A DNA stretch of 10,264 nt, taken from positions 1-10,264 of the forward strand of contig JAHPZI010000024.1 in assembly GCA_019058295.1 (NCBI GenBank). Direction: 5' to 3'. Below, one piece after another: positions 1 through 6,915 of this stretch. The DNA is from Promethearchaeota archaeon. GTDB lineage: Archaea > Asgardarchaeota > Lokiarchaeia > Sigyniarchaeales > SOKP01. How positions within the stretch are numbered: the first letter of the stretch is position 1; the number at the start of each line of letters is the position of its first letter. Under the pieces are notes generated by a model. The model was not told the DNA's origin and ran no database searches. It saw only the letters and a list, made by a program, of their open reading frames with translations. A program made the position numbers and the translations under genes.

Positions 1-2
1 GG

Positions 3-527
3 GTAGGTAAAGGTGGAAGTTTTAAAGGCGGTATAGAATTGAGTTATACTCATTCGTTGGTTCAAAGTGTTGAAGTAAAATATGCTGCTCCTGTATTTTT
101 TACACATCTTCCATCAACTCCAATGATGGCTCGTGTTGTTCGCGGACATAGATTATTTAGAACACGATGGAGTTTTCCTCTCCTCCCAGAAGAAAAAGGA
201 GATAATCTTCAATTAGTTATAATGAAAGGCAGTATCGGCTTCGGAAATGACTATTCAGTTTATTTGGGTGATGTAAAAGTCGCAAACGTTGATCATCAAA
301 AGATCACTAAAGATGTTGAAATAGACATCTATAATGAGGATCTTGCAAAAGACAAAACATTTGTAATGATTATTACACTTTTTGGCTGTATTTGTTTCTT
401 TATGAAAGATATCGAAAAAGAGCTTAAGAAATATACTAAACAACTGAGGGATACAGGAACAACAGATTACCCCATACCTAAGTTTGAATTAGACCTCTTT
501 AAAAATCCTCGTATGATAAGAAGATAA
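3..527 (+). CDS. 5'-truncated hypothetical protein; C-terminal part resembles Tubby-C/LURP-one/scramblase beta-barrel family
   Basis: The frame is open from base 3 (VGKGGSFKGGIELSYTH...), so the TTG at 39 is probably internal. The segment GSIGFGNDYSVYLGDVKVANVDHQK..VEIDIY, followed by the hydrophobic helix TFVMIITLFGCICFF, matches the strand-then-central-helix pattern of LURP-one/Tubby C-termini. Fold call is by eye only. Confidence 0.55.
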   Translation, partial: VGKGGSFKGGIELSYTHSLVQSVEVKYAAPVFFTHLPSTPMMARVVRGHRLFRTRWSFPLLPEEKGDNLQLVIMKGSIGFGNDYSVYLGDVKVANVDHQKITKDVEIDIYNEDLAKDKTFVMIITLFGCICFFMKDIEKELKKYTKQLRDTGTTDYPIPKFELDLFKNPRMIRR

Positions 528-558
528 ACCAAAACTTAATTATTTTCAAATATATTAA

Positions 559-566
559 TTTTTTTT
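559..566 (+). terminator. Candidate archaeal oligo-T terminator (T8) after the 3..527 gene
   Basis: T8 run about 30 nt after the stop codon in a convergent intergenic region. The AT-rich background weakens it. Confidence 0.35.
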
Positions 567-683
567 ATTATTTCTCTTTTATATAGAAATGTAAGAATAA
601 CCTAAAGTTATAAAAGAAAATAAAAAAAGATTTTTGATAAAAATATAATTTTTTTTCGCTTATTTTTCTTAGTTATGGGATAA

Positions 684-1454
684 TTATTTGGCACCCATTT
701 TTTTCTTCCAGGATTTATATGCTCTTGTTTCTCTGCCCCTAATAGTTGCAGCTCTTCCAGTCTCCTTAGTATACTCTTTCATGCGATCTTCTTCGCTCAT
801 TTTTTGAACTTTTTCTCGCTCTATTTCCATATCGACTTCTTCTTTTTCCTTTTCATGTACAATTATTCTTAAAAATAGATATACGAGATGGTTCCAGATA
901 ACAAACATGAGGAAGAAAAATAGAACTACACAAAAAAGCACAATTCCAATCCAAAGAATCCAATGTCCTGCATTAAAGTTTTCAACCATCCACTTCCATA
1001 GACCAGCAATTACGTCCCAAAAGTCTGCTGTCAATACTCCAATAATTATGGCAAAAACTGTAAAATAAATTCCCAATAGTAGAACTCCAACAAGCCACCT
1101 TAGGAGATTTTTACCTTCATATTTCTTCGCAATCTTACGGTTCTTATATAAGATCCTGCACATCCTATAAATACCGCCTCTAAACGCCGCATAGAAGAAG
1201 ACTAATACTAAAACATGTGCTGTAATAATCGCACCCCATATTGCAATTTGATACGCAAGTTCAAGATTCAAATACCAATTCCAGACATCAGCAGGTATTC
1301 CAATAAGGAATGTGACGTATGTCCCTGTCATTATAATAATTGTTGCGAAAACAAATGAATAATAAAAAAGTCGAGCAATACGAACATCCCAAGTTGAATA
1401 CAAATCAAGAGGATCTTCTGCCCTATCAGGTGCGCTTCTAGGTTTTCTTGGCAT
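684..1454 (-). CDS. Hypothetical integral membrane protein (about 4 TM, 2x internal repeat, charged C-terminal domain)
   Basis: 256-aa ORF with ATG start, four long hydrophobic segments and a Glu/Lys-rich helical tail. No family recognised. Confidence 0.8.
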   Translation of the reverse strand: MPRKPRSAPDRAEDPLDLYSTWDVRIARLFYYSFVFATIIIMTGTYVTFLIGIPADVWNWYLNLELAYQIAIWGAIITAHVLVLVFFYAAFRGGIYRMCRILYKNRKIAKKYEGKNLLRWLVGVLLLGIYFTVFAIIIGVLTADFWDVIAGLWKWMVENFNAGHWILWIGIVLFCVVLFFFLMFVIWNHLVYLFLRIIVHEKEKEEVDMEIEREKVQKMSEEDRMKEYTKETGRAATIRGRETRAYKSWKKKMGAK

Positions 1455-1576
1455 AATTTACCATCTTTTTTTTTTTAGTTTATATTTATAGTTAGAGTTT
1501 TTATATTAATTATTAATTTCTCTTTTATTTGAATGTTTTTTAAATTATTGTTTTATAATTGATAAAAGAATTTTAT

Positions 1577-2026
1577 TTAAATTCGATCTGCTAAATTTCC
1601 TTGACAGAAAGGGCAACTCTCCCTTGTTGCATTCTCACCTTTTAATTCTTCACCACAAAATGGGCAGAATATCTTTTTTACTTTTTCTTCTTCACCCTTC
1701 ACTTCAACTTCTTCCACTTTTTCAACTTTTTTCTCCATAATTTTTTTTCCAGATTTCACAAGTACTTTTTCTTTCGCAGTGAGATGTTCTAATGGTTTTG
1801 GTTTCTCAAAAGGTTCTTCTGAAACTTTTAATTGAGTTTCACAAGTTGGGCAATATTTCTTTTTTCGACCGTATTTATTGTAAATTAAATATGCAATTAA
1901 CCCGAATCCTAAGGAACAAATAATAGCCATTACCCAAATTGTTTTTTGAAATGAATCTAGTGGTTTTTTTGAAGGTTCCACTTCTTTTTCACAATAATCG
2001 CAATACCAGTATTTTATTTTTCCCAT
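1577..2026 (-). CDS. Membrane-anchored zinc-ribbon protein (LITAF-like N-terminal domain plus C-terminal zinc ribbon)
   Basis: CDYC (aa 9-12), a 20-aa hydrophobic stretch (aa 30-49), CPTC (aa 59-62), a Lys/Glu/Val-rich linker, then CPFC...CPFC. Confidence 0.75.
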   Translation of the reverse strand: MGKIKYWYCDYCEKEVEPSKKPLDSFQKTIWVMAIICSLGFGLIAYLIYNKYGRKKKYCPTCETQLKVSEEPFEKPKPLEHLTAKEKVLVKSGKKIMEKKVEKVEEVEVKGEEEKVKKIFCPFCGEELKGENATRESCPFCQGNLADRI

Positions 2027-2193
2027 TTTTACTCATTTAATTATGTGAATTTTTTTAATATAGATTGGCGTAAGTTAAAAATATTTAGATAATTATATTT
2101 AGGCATCTAAAGTAATAAAACTATTTATCGATTAAAATAATTTTTCATGATTAAACTTTCAAGAATTTTTACTCTTTTATAGGCGCAATAATC

Positions 2194-3507
2194 GTGTTGA
2201 AGAAATCATTCTATATTGAAACTTATGGCTGTACCTCAAATAAAGCGGATTCGATGATAATTACTACAATTTTAAAAAACTCTAAATATATTCAAACGGA
2301 AATTGAAGAGGCAGAATTTATAATTATAAATACATGCGCTGTAAAGGAACAGACTGAAAATAAGATTAAGAATCGTTTACGAGAATTATTTGAATTATGT
2401 GAGGAGGATTCAGGAAGATATTTAATTATTGCAGGATGCTTACCTCATATTGCTCCAAAGTACATTAAGGTTATCAAAGATATAATACCCACATTCTCAG
2501 CTATTATAGGGTTAAATTTTATTCATAAAATTCCTGAAATTTTTAATAAAATCAAAGAAGGAGGGAAAAATCTGATTTTTAAATCAACTGAAAAAATTGA
2601 TAAGTCTGAATTTCTAATTCAACATGCTCCAGGAAAGATCACTGGATTTATTCCTATCTCTGAGGGATGTCTGGGAATGTGTTCATATTGTTGCGTGAAA
2701 AACGCGAGAGGTAAATTAAATTGTTATAATCCTGAGAGCATTATAAAAAATGTAAAATTTCAATTAAGTCAAGGAATTAAACAGATATATCTTACCTCGC
2801 AAGATTGTAGCATTTATCAATATGATGAAATAAATTTATGTCATTTGATTCAAGAGATAACAAAATTAGATTATCATTTTTACTTGAGAATTGGAATGAT
2901 TAATCCAAGTTTTCTAATTAATAATTTAGATCAACTTATTAATATTTTTAAGCTAAAGAAAGTTTATCAGTTTTTACACATTCCAATTCAATCTGGGAGT
3001 AATAAAATCCTTGAAAAAATGCAAAGACCATATTTAATTTCGGATATAATTGAACCAATCGAATTTTTAAGAAGTGAATTTCCATTATTATCTATCTCGA
3101 CGGATATAATATGTGGATTTCCAGGTGAAACTGAATATGATTTCTATAGAACAATAAATCTAATTAAATGGCTCAAGCCAGAAATCTTGAATATCTCAAA
3201 ATTCACAGGCCGCCCCGGTACTAAAGCAAAAAAGATGAAACAATTGGATAGCAGACTCATAAAAGAACGTTCAATTCGATTATCAAGAGTTTTTAGAAAT
3301 ACTTTATTAACACTTAATAAAAAGTGGATAGGTTGGGAAGGGCAAGTCTTAGTTTTACATAAAGGCTCTATAGAAAATCAGGCTTTTGGTAGAAATTTTG
3401 CATATAAAAATATTTTTATTAATGATTATAAAGAGGAGTATGGGACATTTATTAGAGTTAAAATTAATAAAATTGAGGGATTTAACTTATATGGTAAAAA
3501 GAAATAA
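2194..3507 (+). CDS. mtaB: tRNA t6A37 methylthiotransferase (MiaB-like, archaeal/e-MtaB/CDKAL1 type radical SAM enzyme)
   Basis: N-terminal UPF0004 domain with three Cys (YIETYGCTSN, INTCAVK, AGCLP). Radical SAM CxxxCxxC motif (SEGCLGMCSYC), HIPIQSGS and TDIICGFPGET motifs, and a C-terminal TRAM-like region. Start is GTG 2194 or TTG 2197. Confidence 0.9.
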   Translation: MLKKSFYIETYGCTSNKADSMIITTILKNSKYIQTEIEEAEFIIINTCAVKEQTENKIKNRLRELFELCEEDSGRYLIIAGCLPHIAPKYIKVIKDIIPTFSAIIGLNFIHKIPEIFNKIKEGGKNLIFKSTEKIDKSEFLIQHAPGKITGFIPISEGCLGMCSYCCVKNARGKLNCYNPESIIKNVKFQLSQGIKQIYLTSQDCSIYQYDEINLCHLIQEITKLDYHFYLRIGMINPSFLINNLDQLINIFKLKKVYQFLHIPIQSGSNKILEKMQRPYLISDIIEPIEFLRSEFPLLSISTDIICGFPGETEYDFYRTINLIKWLKPEILNISKFTGRPGTKAKKMKQLDSRLIKERSIRLSRVFRNTLLTLNKKWIGWEGQVLVLHKGSIENQAFGRNFAYKNIFINDYKEEYGTFIRVKINKIEGFNLYGKKK

Positions 3508-3534
3508 AATAAAAGTGATTTTTGCTGTTTTTTT

Positions 3535-4422
3535 CTATTTTAATTTAAATCTCTCTAAAAATGCCGTCAATCTTGAGCGATGAAATCGAACTCCAATATC
3601 ATCAGGGTTAGCTCCCATTGCCAAGGCAAATAATTCGGTTATATACAATATTGGTAAACCAAAATTCCCTCCAGATACACCTTCTGCTTTTTTCTGATTC
3701 GAGTCTAATTGTTGAAAACAGGCTGGACATATAACAACAAATGCTTCTGCTCCCGCATTAATAGCACTTTGAAGTTTATTTGCTAATATTTGCATAGAAG
3801 GTTCCTCTTCCATATTACCAACACCGCTTCCACAACAAAGAGCTTCTTCATCATAATCTACAGGTGTTGCACCAGTAGCGGCAGCTAGTTCTCTTAATTT
3901 GACAGGTTTCATAGGATCATCTGTCTGCAATTTTTCAGAAGGTCTCATGTAATGGCAGCCTGTATGGCATGCAACCTTAAGCCCAGAAAAATCAACTGTA
4001 AAATGTTCTTTTATTTTTTCAGGCCCATAATTATATAATACTTCTACAAAATGCCATACATTAATATTTCCTTTAAATTCACGCCCAAGTGTTTTTAAGA
4101 TCTTATTTATTTTTTCTCGCTCGTGATCATCTTCCTTTAATTCTTCATTGACCAATTTAAGAGTTTGAAAACATCCATTACATAGAGAAACTATATCTTT
4201 TCCTTCCGCTTCAGCAATTGTAAGATTTCTAGCTCCCATTGCCATCCAACTCAAGTGATCCGTCGAATTAAATCCTACTGGATCAGGACAACAAGCAAAT
4301 GCTCCCTCGGAGATCTTTATTCCAAGTTTATCAAATACAATGCGCGCTGAGGCTTCAATAAATGGTATTCTGTTGCCGATAACGCACCCTTCAAAAAGTT
4401 TATATTCTTCTGCTTTAGCCAT
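3535..4422 (-). CDS. hdrB: Heterodisulfide reductase subunit B (two CCG domains)
   Basis: Two complete C-x(n)-CC-x(n)-CxxC motifs: FEGC..ACCPDP..LCNGC and HTGCHY..LCCGSG..ICPACFQQLD. Length of 295 aa is typical of HdrB. Confidence 0.93.
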   Translation of the reverse strand: MAKAEEYKLFEGCVIGNRIPFIEASARIVFDKLGIKISEGAFACCPDPVGFNSTDHLSWMAMGARNLTIAEAEGKDIVSLCNGCFQTLKLVNEELKEDDHEREKINKILKTLGREFKGNINVWHFVEVLYNYGPEKIKEHFTVDFSGLKVACHTGCHYMRPSEKLQTDDPMKPVKLRELAAATGATPVDYDEEALCCGSGVGNMEEEPSMQILANKLQSAINAGAEAFVVICPACFQQLDSNQKKAEGVSGGNFGLPILYITELFALAMGANPDDIGVRFHRSRLTAFLERFKLK

Positions 4423-4552
4423 TCTTATTATCCATCCTTCATTTAGAATGTTATATTTTTTTATTAATTAGGTTTATATTGAATTAATTAAAAAATTTGT
4501 TAAAGTTGTAAATTATCATCATAGAAATTCAGCATTAAAATAAAGTCGAATT

Positions 4553-4564
4553 AAAAAAAAAAAA
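4553..4564 (-). terminator. Candidate oligo-T terminator (T12 on minus strand) after the 139-aa membrane protein gene
   Basis: A12 run on the + strand, about 20 nt past the stop at 4584. It suggests hdrB is transcribed separately. Confidence 0.45.
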
Positions 4565-4583
4565 TAAATTAAATTTTTAAAAA

Positions 4584-5003
4584 TTAATCCTTCTTGAAAG
4601 TTCTTCTTGCAAATATTGTAAGGATGACACCAAATAATCCTATACCACCGCTAATTAAAGCAAATACAATAGCTAATGGTCCTGCCATAAAATTTGTAAT
4701 GATAAATATTATGAGTCCAATTAGGCCCATCCCCGCTCCGAGACCAATAATGAATTTTCCAAGTCCGATCTTATCCCTAGTAACTAAAATCGCTCCAATA
4801 ATCACAGCAATACCTCCAAGACTAGCGATAAAAGCAAAAATAATTAAAACTATTGATAATGCTAATGCTACTTCTTCACCAAGCAGATCAGAGGCTATAC
4901 CGAATACCAAAGCAAAAAAAGAGACGCTTCCTACTAAAGAGCTTACAAACATGAGGATGCCGCCTAAAATACATAACAATACCCACTTCTTTTCTACTGC
5001 CAT
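4584..5003 (-). CDS. Small Gly-rich multi-pass membrane protein (about 4 TM), unknown function
   Basis: 139 aa, almost entirely hydrophobic with GxxxG-type motifs. Shine-Dalgarno-like AAGAGGA lies just upstream of the ATG. Confidence 0.8.
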   Translation of the reverse strand: MAVEKKWVLLCILGGILMFVSSLVGSVSFFALVFGIASDLLGEEVALALSIVLIIFAFIASLGGIAVIIGAILVTRDKIGLGKFIIGLGAGMGLIGLIIFIITNFMAGPLAIVFALISGGIGLFGVILTIFARRTFKKD

Positions 5004-5163
5004 TTTTATTCCTCTTTTTAATTTGAAATTAAATTTTTAATTAGATTTATAATCCTCTTTATTAAATTTTAAAATATAAATACTTGGATTTTAATTTAAA
5101 AAAAAATACTTTTATTTATTTCTAAGTAAATTTTTACGTTCAATTTTTTTAAGATATGGAGTT

Positions 5164-5976
5164 TTAAGAGATTATAATTCTTTCTGGATGAGTATATATA
5201 TTCATCCTTGCTCCCCTCACAAATCCTATTAATGTAATTCCGTAAGCAAAAGCTAATCGAATTCCGGATTCGATCGCTGCTGATAGTGAGGCGACAATAG
5301 GAATTTTTGCTCTTATTGCCTTTAGAACAGAATCTCCCGTTAATCTTCCCGTTGTTGTGAGAAATACATTGTTAAAAGATAATTTTTCTGATAATATTTC
5401 TCCTATTACTTTGTCAATTGCGTTATGTCTACCAATATCTTCTTTAACGCTTAAAATTTTTCCATCTAAATTAAAAATTGCCGCTCCATGACATCCTCCC
5501 GTTTCTTTAAACAATACAGTTTCTTTTTGCATTTGTTTTATACTGGAAAAAATAATTTCAGAGCGAACTTTTAAATTATCTTTAGATTTAAGAGATATTT
5601 TAGTGTTATCTAAAGTTTTTTTGATGACATTTCGCCAAGGCGATGATATACCACAAGTAGTATCAATTACACGACTTACGGGATTAATGTCAAGATCTTG
5701 TATATTAAAATTAATTGAATCGTTTAGATTAATGAATATCTGATTATCCAACTCATCTATTTTAATTTCTCTAATATCATCAATCGAATTTATGATACCA
5801 ATGAAATATAAAAACCCTATGGCTAGCTCTCTCAAATCTTTTGGAAGACAGATAATATTTACTAGAGGTTCAGAATTAACAATTATATCAATAGGACTTT
5901 CAACGAGAACAATATCTTGTGTATTCTCTTTTTCAGATTTCTTAAGTCTAGTGATATCTACAGAGCGTTTGAACAA
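5164..5976 (-). CDS. fdhD: Formate dehydrogenase accessory sulfurtransferase FdhD
   Basis: Motifs ExPI, ELAIGFL, TTCG, FKETGGCHGAA, EDIGRHNAIDKVIG, TTGRL, GITLIGFVRG and NIYTHPERI. TTG start preceded by a GGGA SD-like sequence. Confidence 0.95.
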   Translation of the reverse strand: MFKRSVDITRLKKSEKENTQDIVLVESPIDIIVNSEPLVNIICLPKDLRELAIGFLYFIGIINSIDDIREIKIDELDNQIFINLNDSINFNIQDLDINPVSRVIDTTCGISSPWRNVIKKTLDNTKISLKSKDNLKVRSEIIFSSIKQMQKETVLFKETGGCHGAAIFNLDGKILSVKEDIGRHNAIDKVIGEILSEKLSFNNVFLTTTGRLTGDSVLKAIRAKIPIVASLSAAIESGIRLAFAYGITLIGFVRGARMNIYTHPERIIIS

Positions 5977-6080
5977 AAGTAGTCCCTAATTTAACTATTC
6001 TTAATATTATAATTTATCTAATTATGAATATTAAAGAAGTCAATATTTTAATTATAACTATTTAAATTTAAAAATCAGGT

Positions 6081-6099
6081 AAAAAAATGAGTAAAAAAA
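6081..6099 (-). terminator. Candidate terminator of the fwd operon (two T7 tracts on minus strand)
   Basis: A7 runs at 6081-6087 and 6093-6099, immediately past the fwdC stop codon at 6102. Confidence 0.5.
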
Positions 6100-6101
6100 T
6101 A

Positions 6102-6911
6102 CTATACTGCAATATACAATCTGCCATTAGTTTCTTTTTTGGTTGCATGATCCCCGCTATATTCAATGAATTTTCCTTTAATAACGTCGCCGTTTGGAAG
6201 TGTTATTTCGTTAATCTCTCCCATTTTTTTAAAAGAAGGAAGTTTTTTTGAAACTTTTCCTTTAATGACTATTGTTCCCCAAGCTTGATCTGCTCCAGCG
6301 CATCGATCGACATCACCTTCCACTATTATTGTACCTCCGTGATTGTGAATTCCTAAAAATGAATCAGCTCCACCACATATTAACATAGGAAATTTTTTAG
6401 CTCCTTTTGAACTTCTTGCCCATAGCATAGATTCGTGTCCTACCTTTCCCTTTACTTTAATAAGCCCATTCTCCATACCTTTCCAAAATCCTCGATAAGC
6501 AGATCCTATATAATTTCCCGCATCTCCTGTTATTTCTAATTCTCCACCTTTTAGCATCGCTCCTGCCCAATCATCAGCATTTCCATTTATTAAAATCTTA
6601 CCTCCGCCCATCTGATTTCCAACGTGCATACCTACATTTCCATTTATTATAATTTCTCCACTCGTCATTTTTTCCCCTATTCTCTTAATATTAGAAAGAT
6701 CACCTTCAATAATTATTTTTAAATCATTGATTTCACTTGATTCCCCCGAAACATCAAAATAATCTCCTATTTTTTCCTTCTCTTTTCCATGATATACAAT
6801 TAATCCTTTAATTTCATCAATCTTTTTACCGGCAAAATTGTCAGGAGTAATCGATTCTGCTTCTAATGGGACGATTGGTTGTTTTTTTAATTTTAATTTG
6901 ACTTCGGTCAT
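6102..6911 (-). CDS. fwdC: Formylmethanofuran dehydrogenase subunit C
   Basis: N-terminal VPLEAESITPD and DYFDVSGE, repeated GxxMxGGxIxIxG beta-helix units, GSAYRG motif and C-terminal YSGD...GRLYI. Starts 4 nt after the fwdB stop. Confidence 0.95.
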   Translation of the reverse strand: MTEVKLKLKKQPIVPLEAESITPDNFAGKKIDEIKGLIVYHGKEKEKIGDYFDVSGESSEINDLKIIIEGDLSNIKRIGEKMTSGEIIINGNVGMHVGNQMGGGKILINGNADDWAGAMLKGGELEITGDAGNYIGSAYRGFWKGMENGLIKVKGKVGHESMLWARSSKGAKKFPMLICGGADSFLGIHNHGGTIIVEGDVDRCAGADQAWGTIVIKGKVSKKLPSFKKMGEINEITLPNGDVIKGKFIEYSGDHATKKETNGRLYIAV

Positions 6912-6915
6912 CTTT

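Noticed and set aside
255-443. 62-aa minus-strand ORF
   Set aside because: Antisense shadow inside the 3..527 gene, with no motifs.
560-628. Loose inverted repeat in the convergent intergenic region
   Set aside because: Explained by opposing T-rich and A-rich terminator tracts of two convergent genes.
3386-3583. 65-aa plus-strand ORF
   Set aside because: Out-of-frame overlap with the ends of mtaB and hdrB, with no recognisable features.
4594-5040. 148-aa plus-strand ORF
   Set aside because: Antisense mirror of the hydrophobic membrane gene. Its Pro/Asn/Lys/Thr composition is what complemented Gly/Ile/Phe codons produce.
5004-5075. Degenerate direct repeat containing tcctcttt twice
   Set aside because: Only 8 identical bases in very AT-rich DNA, and one copy is simply the SD of the downstream gene.
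5792-5989. 65-aa plus-strand ORF
   Set aside because: Antisense to fdhD.
6102-6104. Pyrrolysine readthrough at the TAG stops of fwdC (and hdrB)
   Set aside because: Both proteins are already full length and are followed by low-complexity non-coding sequence.
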